The notes under the pieces: model-generated | What the model was told of the DNA's origin: nothing | What the model saw: the letters and a program-made list of their open reading frames with translations, nothing else | Database searches by the model: none | In this document: positions 9,086 through 21,235 of the stretch, in pieces | Numbering within the stretch: position 1 is the first letter of the stretch | How the letters are laid out: the number at the start of each line of letters is the position of its first letter | Made by a program: the position numbers and the translations under genes | From: Octopus bimaculoides | Taxonomy: Eukaryota | DNA: 54,909 bases | Direction: 5' to 3' | Assembly: GCF_001194135.2 (NCBI RefSeq) | Contig: NC_068981.1 | Coordinates: 109,080,998-109,135,906 of the forward strand

Positions 9086-11299
9086 GCTGCCTTAGTCTTA
9101 TAGAAATATTACCAACAATTGTGGAGAAGCATCATAGATTTGATTCAGTGTTCCAACAATTTCGCTTCAGTTGCATCATTAATGAACTCAAGAAAGTTGT
9201 GAAAATTGTACAACTTTTTTTATCTGACATTTAAATCAGAGATAGTGGGCTTTTGTAAAAGTATCATTATATCTTCAAAATTTCAAATATTTTACCGTTT
9301 CAAAATCAATTAAAAAATGATTGGCGTTCTCCAGAAATCGCCAGAGTCTCAGATAACCAACTAGATAGACTACAGTTCAGATACGCGAAGACTTAGCCGT
9401 TCGTATGTTCTCAAATAGACCATCATAGATAGCCATGGTTAAAGTGTTTTACTGTCCACTTGGCTCAAAATAAGGATCATAATATAGTATGATAACAGGA
9501 ATATTTAAAATATTTAAAGAAATCTTTACTTTCACGTCTGACAAAAGGAATGAAACCGAAATTGTCAGGGTGATTGTGTATTTATTTAGCGTATTCAAAC
9601 ATTAATTTCGTTCAGATGTCATTAACTTCAACAACAAGAAACATTTGTCTTCAATTTTTTAAATTTCTGAATGAGGCAAAGGCGAAGAAACGATTTCGTG
9701 ATATTCATTTACCTTTCTATCACATTTAATGTGTAATGAAAGTTGATCAATTTTAACCAAAAATCGGAAACATTTTCTAGAGCCATTTGACTGGAAGTGT
9801 ATCTCATGTTCTACTGTTATCTTTTACAATTTATCTTTGATAACTGGATTTTGACGAATAGATTTTAGATTATATATAATCTAAATAATATAATAGATTT
9901 TAGATCATATAATAGCTGGAAAAACGATATATTCCTTAATGAAATAGGCTCAGCTGAAAATTGAAAGAATACTATAGTCTCGACTGGCCGGTATGTTTTA
10001 ACTGACAAGATAAGAACTCAGTATCTGTCAGTTCAAAAACTGCTGCTTTTTCTATTTGGTATTCAGAAAAATAGTCACCACGTGCATTCTGGTGATTCCG
10101 AGTGTTCAAATAATTGAAATTGATAAAGAACATTCTAAAGCCTTCCAGATGTTATGTAAAAATGCTTCAATACGTCGAAATGTATAAACGTTGTTAGTCT
10201 GTCTTACACGAACATTTAACTGGTTTTACACAGACTTCTGTCTGTACAGGTTCTTCTTTTATCTACCTCTCTGTATGAGTGTTCTGTGCGTGTATGTATG
10301 TGTCTCCATGTATATGTATAAACACATTGCTAATAGGTTGCTAGATTTTTATATCCCACAGATATCTTTCCACCTGTTTATGACACCAAATTCAATAACT
10401 ATTCATTTACATATATGCACACTTAATTGTGTTAATATGTACACTTTTGTAACAGTTCATTGTTATGAGCGACCATATATGTTCGTGTATTTCAGTAAGT
10501 GAATCTTGCATTGTTATAAATTAATATTTGCCTTGAACAAAAGTCAATATTTAAAATCAAATATAACTTTGTACGCATAATGTTATATACGAACTCAGAA
10601 TGAAATTCCCTGTATTTGTGTGAGTGTGTGTGAGGGAGAGTGAGAGAGAGATTCACACAAAGACACACACACAATTACATGTCCACTACCTATATTTGAA
10701 CATGCACGCCTTACAACGAAAAATCTTATAGAAGTTGTATTTGAAGAAAAGTACGAACATGTTAAAATAAGAAAAGAAGATGCGGGAAAGGAAAGAAGGA
10801 AGGAAAATGGAGATGAATAAAGCAATACAACTAAGACATCAGCAATAAAATAAAATGTTTATAATGAAATACTGAAGCTATGAGGTGACAGCTACGATAG
10901 ATTTTCAGCAAAGGAATGGTTTGCTTTGAAGTTTAGAAGTTTAGTATGATAGGTTCTTATTGACTAATGACTTCTCAGACAAAAAAACTATTGATGATCA
11001 GTAGATTAAGAAAAGTATTTCTAGAATAAAGATCAAACAGGCTGCACGTGTTTGGACACGTTTTGAATGAAAAAAAAAGAACATACATATATGTTCGATT
11101 TTAGAAAGAATTGTAGAAATGTTTTGTCCTTGAGTTTTACCGTTGACACAAATATTTTGAAAAGTTGATATGGTTTGAATAGAATAGTATTATTGTAAAA
11201 CCTCTTCGACGATAGAGAACTAAAATGTTTTAGAAATGAATAATACAGTTTAACAAAGATTCCATGGGGAAAAACAGAGGCCATCATATAATAATCTTG

Positions 11300-11470
11300 T
11301 CTACTATTGGCACAAGGCCTAAAATTGTTTTAAGGGCGAGAGCCAGTCGATTACATCAATGGCAGTGCTCAAATGATACTTATTTCATCGACCCTGAAAG
11401 TATGAAAGACAAAATTGACTTCGGCAGAATTTGAACTCAGAACATAAGCTTGAAGAAATTGCTAGCAAAG
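11300..11470 (-). mobile_element. tRNA-derived SINE, family A
   Basis: Plus strand carries GGCACAAGGCCT...CGATTACATC...GCAGAATTTGAACTCAGAAC. Confidence 0.75.
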
Positions 11471-12086
11471 ATAGTTATCACTTAAAACACGAGAACAAAT
11501 TTACTATGGTTACTTTTGTGAATGCTATTGGATGAACAAGTCATAGAAAATATGACAACAAAGATAGGCGGATGAGTGACAAGGTACAATTATAAAATAT
11601 GATAAAGGCTTTAAATATCATAACAGGGAGTATTAGGATCTTTTCCCTTTGAACGGCACATCGAGAAATTAATTTTTTGTAACTAAACACTTTCAAACTT
11701 CGGACACTGGTAGAATGTGTCATATAAAACATCTTTTACTCTTAGTGCTGTTGAGAAAAGTTTATATTTTCAAAGTTATTCCGTGTTAAAGTTGTCGTAT
11801 TTCGGTAATTTCAACCAATAAATGACGTGTATTCAGCTGAATAAAATTACTGCCGTTGTTTGTCAACAACTTCCGGCGGTGTATATTTCGTTTGTCACTG
11901 TTATTTATGACATATTTCATCTCAGTTACGTTTGTATGAATAAACGAGTGTATCTGAATCATGTTTACTTCATGGCACTACCACAGTCATTCGTGCATTT
12001 CTACTGCTTTTAGTCTTTTTTTTCCTGTTTTTCAGCTACTATTTTCGGAAAGTCATTTTTGCCCCCTCCCCCTCCAATTTCTTCAT

Positions 12087-12715
12087 TTTTCACATTTTTC
12101 CGTAACTCTAACCCTAAAATCCCAACCCTAACCCTAACCCTAAAACCCAACCTAACCCAAAACCCCAACCCTAACCCCAACCGTAACCCTAAAACCTTAA
12201 CCCTAACCCTAAAACCCTAACCCTAACTGGTGTTTCGGAGCAAGTCGTCCATATTTGTTTCATTTTTCTCTATTATGTGCTTATGTGCATCCGTAGATTT
12301 CTAATGAAGTAATAGGCAGTGAAGAGAAGCCGTCATAGGAAAACCTTTAACTACCTCTATTCCTTTCTCCCCCTCTCTCTACCTCTTCCTCTCTCGCTCT
12401 CTCAAACGCATACACGTGCAAGTACACAATCATTCAGTAAAATATAACTCATGTTCGTCAATGTTTTGTAAATATACCATGATTTTCACTAGGGTGTTAG
12501 GGTTAGGGTTTTAGGGTCAGGGTTACGGTTTAGGGTTACGGTTACGGTTAGGGTTAGGATTAGTGTTACGGTTACGGTTTTAGGGTCAGGGTTTGGGTTT
12601 TAGGGTTAGGGTTAGGGTTTAGGGTTAGTGTTAGGGTTAGTGTTAGTATTAAGTTTAGGATTAGGGTTGGGTAATCGTGTGGGTGTTAATCTGAAAAATT
12701 ACAGATATGTGAAAA
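12087..12715. repeat. Inverted telomere-like arrays: degenerate (CCCTAA)n at about 12107-12227, a spacer, degenerate (TTAGGG)n at about 12490-12671, with short outer inverted repeats
   Basis: Arrays read directly. Outer IR TTTTCACAT (12087-12095) / ATGTGAAAA (12707-12715), each with a matching C.GTAA/TTAC.G just inside. Confidence 0.85.
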
Positions 12716-12730
12716 GTACCGACCCTGCCA

Positions 12731-13235
12731 TCTATTATAACTTTTGTTGTTCTGCTTAATATATACATAGATTATGCATCCAAAGAAGAGAGTTTGCTGG
12801 GGAAAGACAGCAACCGGTTTAAAATGACAGCAACAGACTGCAGCAATTCACCACATTCCACTTTGAACGTAATGCAAAATGGTGCATCAACATCTTCTGC
12901 CCAATCTGATAGAATTCTGGCAAAACTATGTAGCAACAGATCGCCAGCAATTGCTTCATCAGAAATTGCCGTCCTAGCTCCTGCGAAAAGGAATTACCCT
13001 GCTATGTATTGTATAGCCAATTAGACGGATGAAATTTACGTACGCTTAATAATTTTATGCAAAACAGCCTTCAGACTTTCCCTATTAATTTCATCGTCTT
13101 TTGAATTATGAACATATTTACATCATAAGGGTTTTTTCGTTGTAAAGCTTTCTTTTTAGTTGATTTTCACCTAGCAAGACTTATCGTAGATGGCGTAATA
13201 AGTCACACCCGGACAAGGTCGGGCTATACTGCTAG
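12731..13235 (+). mobile_element. Short non-autonomous Helitron-like element
   Basis: Inserted between A (12730) and T (13236). 5' TC start (TCTATTATAA), subterminal GC hairpin CCCGGACAAGGTCGGG (13208-13223), 3' CTAG end. Confidence 0.7.
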
Positions 13236-13822
13236 TACATGAATAAAATAATGAAACTTATTTTATCAATCTTTTTTTGTAGACCCACTGAGTTATGAGC
13301 CATAATTTAAAGAACACAAGGTTTTTAGATCGGTGTAAACATAAACACACACACACACGCACACGAAATGTTATTTCAAGAGACGGTAATTATATTTCCT
13401 TTCTTTTCCCAAACCACATTCTGAAGTATAAAATTTCGAAAACAACCCATTTCTTATATTGTTCCTCCTTAAAGTTTCTCTTCAAAAGAGTTTGTTTTTG
13501 TTTTGTTTGTTTTGTTTTGTTTAGTTTTGTTTTTGTTTTTTGTTTTTTTGTTTGTTTGTTTGTTTTTGTTCACTTTCATTGTCTACAGATACAAGTTTAC
13601 ATGTACTTCAACTATCTGATCCTGAATGGTTTTAACTCTCGCTACTAATCTTTTTTTTTCAAAACAGCCAACCAACTAAACATTGCATAGAACCTTTTAA
13701 AAGCGAGCAACGGAATATAAATACAGAACACTTTCCCTGACAATTAGAAAACTTCTGGATATCTTGGACTTCAAAACTTCCCTTTTCTTTAATCGTAGTA
13801 TCATTTTGTAGACTAATACAGA

Positions 13823-13965
13823 TGCAGACGTGGTTGCACGGTACGAAGTTTGCTTCCCAATCACATGATTCTGGGCTCAGTCCCACTTCGAGGCAGCTTG
13901 GGCAGGTGTCTTCTTCTATAGCCTCAGGCCGACTAAAATCTTGTAAGTGGACTTGGTAGAAGGGG
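13823..13965 (+). mobile_element. tRNA-derived SINE, family B, 5' part
   Basis: Reverse complement of the head of the 17174-17596 copy (GGGCTCAGTCCCAC...CTTGGGCAGGTGTCTTCTTCTATAGCCTC). Confidence 0.7.
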
Positions 13966-14000
13966 ACATATATATATATATGTGTATGTATGTATGTACG

Positions 14001-15030
14001 TAAGAGAGTCGACTGAAAAGTTCATAGGATGACTAAGATACTCTCATGGAATGTGACCAAATGAGGTTAATTTTTCAACATAGTCCTTCTTGCAGCCCAC
14101 ACACTTCTTCCATCGGTGTTGCCGCCTTTGGATTTCATTGGTGAAAAACCTTTCATCCTGTTGGTCACAAAAGTCATCAACTGTAGATATTTCGTCATCA
14201 TCACTACAATACTGGTTCCCACCTAAGTAGGGTTTCTGTTGTTGTTGTTGTTTTTATTAGGAGCAGATATTTGTCAGATGGGGCCAAATCAAAAGAATTG
14301 GGAAGCAGATCAACCAGGAAAATAACATGTGGAGCGTAACTTCCTGGGCAAATTGGCATGGTACTCTCCAGTTATTGCCCTTTTGAGGATAGTCAATAAA
14401 CACAATGCCTTTTGCATCTCAGAAAAACTGAGGTCATTACCTTCCCTACAAATGAAACGACCTTGGCCTTCTTTGAAATAGGTAAGGAGGGGTGCTTCCA
14501 CTTCATGGAATGTCTCTGTCTTTGGCTCAAAGTGATGAAGCCAACACTCATCCTGACATACGAAACGTTCAAGGAAACCAACTGAATCTACCTGAAACAA
14601 TATCAGATTTGCCCGTGATGTGATCAGCCTGGTGCGTTTTTGATCAGGTGTCAGAAAATGTATAACCCACCGAGTAGAAACCTACGTCATGCCAAGTTCA
14701 CTGTGCAGAATATTCTCAACTGTCTCACGAGATATGCCATTAGCATTGGCTATTTAATTAGAAATAGTCAATCGCCTATCATACATCAACATTTGGCGAA
14801 CACAATCAATTTTTTCCTCAGTGGTGGCAGTTGCAGAACGTCCAGATGTTGGATCGTCTTCAAGACCTTCCCTACCCTTTCTAAAATCTGCTTTTCTCTT
14901 GAACGGGGTTTATTTCGATCATAAAACAATGAATCCCTCTTATATTCGTACTATATTCTTATGTAGTAGGGACACAGTGACACCCAAATGTCTTTGACTC
15001 CTCACAGACCATTGACCAAACTTTTTAACT
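14001..15030 (-). mobile_element. Mariner (DD34D) relic with an internal deletion removing the HxDNA catalytic motif
   Basis: Minus frames give VCQDECWLHHFEPK, HSMKWKHP...KKAKVVSFVGKVMTSVF, GEYHANLPRKL, VDLLPNSFDLAPSD and GNQYCSDDDEISTVDDF. A TIR-like TA-AGAGAGTCGACTGAAAAGTTCATAGG starts at 14001; the right end is approximate. Confidence 0.85.
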
Positions 15031-15039
15031 CTAGGACAT

Positions 15040-15352
15040 CTGCCAAAATTAAGTATTATTCTTTTTCAAAACAAAATATATTTTATATTTAGATATACAT
15101 TATAGAGGAAAACTATCTCTTCAAAACACCCACATAACGAATGAAATTATCTATTTTTTTCTGTTGTTTTTGCTAAGTTTGATACTCAAACTTTTATAAA
15201 TAGTAAAGTCTATGAAAGTAAACGCAACAAAAAAGAAGTATATTTATTTTAAAATCTATTTTGCTTCAAAAGAATTGAAAAATGTTTGCAGTGAACACAG
15301 AATGGTTTCGTGATACACCACTGTCCTGAAGCAGACCAGTTGAGAACTACTG
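15040..15352. mobile_element. hAT/Charlie-like MITE fragment ending in a TIR-like sequence
   Basis: GTTGAGAACTACTG at 15339-15352 is the reverse complement of a CAGTAGTTCTCAAC-type hAT end. The left boundary is a guess. Confidence 0.35.
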
Positions 15353-15715
15353 TGTTAGGCATCGTGATGGTTATTTATTTTCAGTAAAGTGCTTTGAAGC
15401 AGAATAATCCTTGTTTATAAAATACCACTCTCAACAGCAAATCAAATCATTGAAACTCAAGGTTTGGCCTCAATGTGGGACGAAGTTAGAATTCTCCAAG
15501 ACATTTGTTTGTTTGTGCCAGCTCGTAGCTTTTTGCCTTCAAAATAATGATGTGTTTACCTAGATTGTTGCGTATTTATATTGGAACGTACACTGACCCT
15601 TGACTTGTCGTGAGCTTAACAGCATAGCACGGGCAGATGAAGAGCGCAGAGGTACAGCACAACCACAATATAATCAGATATGCGTAGACATGCAGATCCT
15701 GGTGATTCCTGCAGA

Positions 15716-16030
15716 ATGATTAGTGCGTCGAGCAAAATGCCACGCAGTAGTTCTCCACTTCTTTACATTCTGAGTTCAAATCCTACCGAAGTTAACTCGA
15801 CCTTTCATCATTACGGGGTCGATACAATAAAATCCCAGATTAGTACTGGGGGGAGGTCGATGGTATCGTCTAAATCCCTCCACTCAAAATTGCTGACTTT
15901 TGGCCTAAATTAAAAATAATTGTTATTAGAATCACTCGAGCAACAAAAAAGTGCTTTGCGGATTTTTTTCCGACTCTTTACATTCTCAGTTAAAATCCCG
16001 ATGAAGTGAGCTTTGTCATTCATCCTTTAA
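15716..16030 (+). mobile_element. Two family A SINE copies (15716-15905 and partial 15935-16030)
   Basis: TTCTGAGTTCAAATCCTACCGAAGTTAACTCGACCTTTCATC...GGGGTCGAT motifs. Confidence 0.7.
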
Positions 16031-17173
16031 TGAGCCTAATTCACGTCATTTTTAGAGATGCTTATGATGCCATTTAGTAAAATATGTACTTAGTTTTACT
16101 CTCTTTCTTCTTTGAATCGTTCAGTCTTATATCAAGTTCATTTTTTTTCTTCCAAAGGATGATTTAATATGTACTAGTGCCGGGGTACAACAAATCAGAA
16201 AATTTTAAAACATTTGGTATTTTTTCAATTTTGTTTCAATCCTTTCCAAAATCGGTTATACCGATTTAGTTTTGTATGCTAATCATGAAAATGAGATCCA
16301 TTTTTGCCATAAATCAATAAATAAAGAGTTAATAGCTTTTGAAGTTTACAATTTTTGCGGTAATTTTAACCAATCGAAAGCCACCATTATACACATGACC
16401 GTAAATTTTACATTGGTATCTGTTTCCATAGTAACAAACAAAGCTGTTGTCTGCCTGCTTTTGATTGTAAAAAGGACGCAGTACTTTGTGCTACTGTGAC
16501 ACTTTCACTACCGCAAGTTTTGACAAGCTACATCATTTTGTGCTTGTGTTATTTTTGCCTGTCATTTTGTGAATAGACAGCTATCACGCAGAAAATACCG
16601 GTTTCCGATTTCTGTTTTCTGAATGGACTAAAAATGATCAAACTTTAAACCTCTGTCACATTTTCTAAATTTTTCTGGGAATAAGTGAATCCTAAACTCG
16701 GATTCAACGTGAAAATTTACATGAGTTTGAATTTGAAATTTTTCACTTAATTTTAAAGTTTTCAAATGTGTGACAGTAACTAGAAAGATCCTTTTTACCC
16801 AATAAAAACTAGATTCTATCTACAATAATTCTTTTCTGAACCCACACTATCCGTGTTCTGGTTTCCCTTATATAATGATTTTTACTTTCTATTATAAAAA
16901 CTGAATTTTGTCTAATTAGTTAGTTTCTTAACTAATTATGTAAATACATTTTAGAAAAGATGTGACTACATTATGATGGCAACATTCACAAGCGTGATTT
17001 AATTACAAGCAACGCTGTTCACGTTAAATATAAATACATGCATTAAAATTCGAAGCAACACATAGACCAGGAAAATAACATGTGGAGCGGAACACTTATA
17101 ACAATATCAAAATAGTTGCTAGTTTTGTAGACGTCTAGTAAATGTTTGGTTTTCAACACTAACGTAATTAAAG

Positions 17174-17596
17174 TTTCTTTTCTTTTACTTGTTTCAGTCA
17201 TTTGACTGCAGCCATACTGGGGCACCGCCTTGAAATTTTAGTCGGGTGTATCGACTCCAATACTTTGTTTAAAGCCTGGTACTTTTTCTATCGGACTCTT
17301 TTGCTGAACCACCGCTAAGTTACGGGGACGTAAACATACCAACACCGGTTGCCAGGCGATGATTGGGAACAGAGACACAAAGACACATGCACAAAGATAA
17401 TATATATATATATGGGGGGGGGTATACACACACATACGACAGGCTTCTTTCAGTTTCCGTCTACCAAATCCACTCACAAAGTTTTGGTCGGCCCGAGGCT
17501 ATAATAGAAGGCACTGGTCCGAAGTACCACGCAGGGGAACTGAACCCTGAACCATATGGTTGGGAAGCAAGCTCCTTAACACACAGCCACGCCTGT
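17174..17596 (-). mobile_element. tRNA-derived SINE, family B, near full length with an internal (TA)/(CA) microsatellite
   Basis: tRNA-like head on the minus strand (GGCGTGGCTGTGT...GGTTCAGTTCCCC) and tail TTTCTTTTACTTGTTTCAGTCATTTGACTGC, shared with copies at 13823, 26884, 51538 and 54333. Confidence 0.8.
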
Positions 17597-17879
17597 AGAT
17601 GAGTACTTTAAATTATGGGATGACATGAAGTCTATCACATCATTTAACACGTTTTAGTTTGTAAAAACTCTCTTGCTTACCATGTTCGTGTATGCTCAAT
17701 GCTCCTGCTTCAAACATATATCACAATTCCTGCGCTCTTGTTAAAAAAAAAAAACACTTCTGTAGCAAGAATATTACTCACGTACTCAACAAAACTTGAC
17801 CAATCATGACTTCGTGCGGAATTGGCTCCAGCGACAAACATCTCCGTAACACTTCTATCAAACCAAAAAACAATAAATC

Positions 17880-18330
17880 TTTCTACCTAAAGCAGAAGAC
17901 CTGAAATTTTGAGGAAGAGGACTAGATTACATCGACTCCAGTTCTCACTGGTACTTATTTCATCAACCCCGGAAGGATGAAGGGCTAAGTCGATCTTGTA
18001 GGTCGTAAAGAACCGGAAAAAATTCCACTAAGCATTTTGTTCGGCGTGCTAATGATTTTGCCAGTTCGTCGACCTAAACCTCACCCTCCAAAAAAAAAAT
18101 ATATATATTAATAAGCCTTTCTTATTTTGGCACAAAGCCAGTAATTTTTGAGCTGGTGAGGAAGTTGATTACATTGACTCCAGTGCTCAACAGGCACTTA
18201 TCTTATCGAGCACAAAAGGATGAAATGCAAAGACTACTTTGGCGGAATTTGAACTCAGAACGTAATGAACAGGATGAAATGCCGCTAAACATTTTGTCCG
18301 GCGAGCTAACAATTATGCCAGCTCGCCACC
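17880..18330 (-). mobile_element. Two family A SINE copies (17880-18075 and 18120-18330)
   Basis: Reverse-complement head and body motifs, e.g. GGCGGAATTTGAACTCAGAACGT...CCAGCTCGCCACC. Confidence 0.75.
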
Positions 18331-18597
18331 TAAGGCCCAAAAAATAATATTTGCAAATATTGTCTGTAGACAGTATGATTAAATAATTTACAAGATATAG
18401 TTTTGAATGTATAATTTGAATTCAAATCTCACAGGCGATGTCTTTGTGCACATTTTTCCGAAATCGCTAAAATAAGTCCCAGTCAATCAATTACATTTTC
18501 CCTGCATGTCTCTCTGTAAAACTGTCTTTGATTAAAAAGAATAAATTTTGTTTGTCTTTTTAAAAGATTCAGTACAAATGTTTCATATGAAACAAAT

Positions 18598-18632
<35 letters not shown>

Positions 18633-19227
18633 TCTCATCTGGCTCACATATTTCACACAAGTCGTAATAAGCTGAAAATTTTAGGTGAAGAAACATGATT
18701 AAGTTATAATGATGTCTACACCCAAGGATGTTAGCCCTTGTAATACTGATTTTAGAAGAAAATTGAATTTAATTTAATTCATTTATTTCAGCTCTAACTA
18801 TTAAGACATTTATGACGTCTAATTCTCATTTCTTCAAATGCCGAGTATTTGTAAAAAGCCGGTCGACAATAACATAGCTGTCAAGTAAGATTAATTTCAC
18901 TAACGAAGTATGTAAAAAGATTATATAATCATGGAAATCGCTTGCTTCAGTTAAGAATATAAGACTTAAAACTACCGTACAAGTAGAAATGATGTACAAA
19001 CAGCATGTATTGATATTTCTAAAGAATTATTCTTCGAAGGGCAACAAACCCCAGCCTGCCTAAAGTATCAGAGATGTCATGGATTCATCATTTTTAATGT
19101 TATTTTCAGGTTCTATCAGTCTTTAAGAATTGCAGTTATCGAACTAACAACGTCTTGTGATTGGTAAGTGCTTTAGCACTGGCAAGGTCACATAACTTTC
19201 AATAACCAACTTCACCTACTTCTAAAT

Positions 19228-19530
19228 CAGTAGTTTTCAACCATGTTTTACTTCTGGACCCCTTTGATTAATGTTTTATTCTGGTGGGCCCCATAGCCAT
19301 TACATGTTTAAAAACTAGTTCTACAAATACTTCTTTCAAAATTCCTATTTTGCTTTCCATACATTAACTTGTGTAAGCTGAACTGTGTAAGATGTCAAAG
19401 AAAGAAATCTAGCTGTTTCTTACAATAAATACATCCAAAGTAACATTTTTTCATGGACTCTTAATATAATACTGTAGGTCCCCAATTTCCTATTTTGCTT
19501 GCGTGGTCCCCCAAAAATCTTATATCGACC
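19228..19530 (+). mobile_element. hAT-like MITE fragment
   Basis: Starts CAGTAGTTTTCAAC and contains repeated GGACCC/GGTCCC subterminal-type motifs; no right TIR seen. Confidence 0.35.
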
Positions 19531-19944
19531 TCCAGCTATTTTACTTTTACGATTCTAATTGTAGTAAAAAGGGCGGGAATGGCAGAAACGGTAACGTTTT
19601 TCTGTAGCTGGACATTTTTTTTTTCCAGTTCAACGTCTCACTATTTGTTATCTAGTCTTCTCCAGAGTCATTCTGAGATCAACCTTCACAGCTTCTTCTG
19701 CATCATTTTCCACTTCCATCGATTGACCTTTCTTCACCCAACTATCATCCCCGATGTGCATCATATTGTACCAGGCGGCCTTCTTTCTTGCACGCTTCGA
19801 ATGATTTATCTACTACATATTAAGTTAGAAAGAAAGTCAAATCGCGTTTTTCAGATGATCACTTTGAATGTATTTTTTTAATAAGTATTAATTTCTACAT
19901 TCTAATGTTTTATTTGTATTTTTTTTTTCCAGATAACTTTATAC

Positions 19945-20890
19945 TATAGATCAGACCTATATCAAACACTGCATGCTGAGTGAATTTAAAAGGGGATGTT
20001 CAGCAGTGAAAGTAGCATGATATTCGTTCTTTCTATGGAAATGAACATTTAAGTGTCCGTAAAAGTCCACGATGATTTGGCCAGTCTTGGCCAGTTAATT
20101 TTTCTCTATACTGAGGTTCCAAAAACTAGTTGAAATAAATCCAAAGCAAACTGCACGAGAAGTAGTAAGACAGCTTATGTCACATTTCAATCATAAAATA
20201 CCTTCATGAATTAGGAAAAGTGTCTTAACTTGATCTGTAGTTTCCTCATCTGATGCTTCTCAGTTTAATCAGAGATGCTCATTATTGAAAGTAAACTTGC
20301 TACCTAACTTTTCCTGAGTAAAAATCATCACAAGTCATGAAAAGTGGGTTCTCTATAATTATATCCAATGAAAACAACCATGGTTAGTACCCAATATAAA
20401 TGAAAAAATCCATCCTCAAACCAAGTCTACACCTGAAAAAGTTATACTCAGTGATTGACGAGGTATGGAGGGTATCGTCTATCAAGTGTTAAACCAAAGC
20501 GAAACAGTTAATGTGGAGAAATATTATCCTCAGTTGAAAGCATTGCACAAAAAATATGCAGAAAAAGCACTCCATCATTTGTCAATCTTAAAGGAGTGTT
20601 GTTCTGACACAGTAATACAAGACTACATATTGCCCAAGTTACTCAGGGGAAGATTATCACATTAAATGTGTAAGTTTAGCCTCATCATCCTTACTCTCCT
20701 GACTTCGTTCCATCTATCATCTTTTCAGATCATTGCAGCATTATCTAATGGGAATAGTTTAATTGTGAAGAGGTTAATAAAAAAAACTGAGTTTGAAACC
20801 TGAAAAATTTCACACCTAAGGGATCAACAATTTGCCAAATAAATGGTTATATTATCAATAACGATGAGAAATATTATCTTGATTTAAATA
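19945..20890 (+). mobile_element. Degenerate mariner transposase (SETMAR/Hsmar1-like)
   Basis: Broken frames give DQTYIKHCMLSEFKRG, KIITSHEKWVLY, MEGIVYQVLNQSETVNVEKYYPQL and an HPYSPD-like segment (CATCCTTACTCTCCTGAC). Confidence 0.8.
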
Positions 20891-21235
20891 TATCAACTAA
20901 GACCTAAGAAGAATGTTTTTTTTCCCATCTTGAAATGCGACAGGACTTTCTTTCCAACCTTTTTTTTTTCTCTCAACTCACTTGTGCTTATCCTTCTTGA
21001 ATGCTGACATTACTCATCCAGCGGAGCTTCCACGTCTAATTTCCAACTTTCTTGCAACCATGACACATCGAATTTTGCACACAACCCTTTGATGCCAACA
21101 GAAATAGTTCTCTGAACTTTTTCTACTCCAGCTCTGGTACTACGCTTTACACTAAACTTACCTCCAGTGATCTCGTCACAGGTGTCAGCAGCTTTTAGCA
21201 AGCCTTCTGGGTAGTGGAACAATTGCATTTTATGA

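Noticed and set aside
12107-12671. True telomere or chromosome-fusion scar
   Set aside because: The arrays are short, degenerate and internal, and their order (CCCTAA then TTAGGG) is opposite to a fusion junction.
922-17596. tRNA genes
   Set aside because: The A/B-box sequences are SINE heads followed by SINE bodies; no complete cloverleaf is evident.
15339-19241. One large hAT element bounded by GTTGAGAACTACTG and CAGTAGTTTTCAAC
   Set aside because: The two TIR-like sequences face outward, so they must belong to separate fragments.
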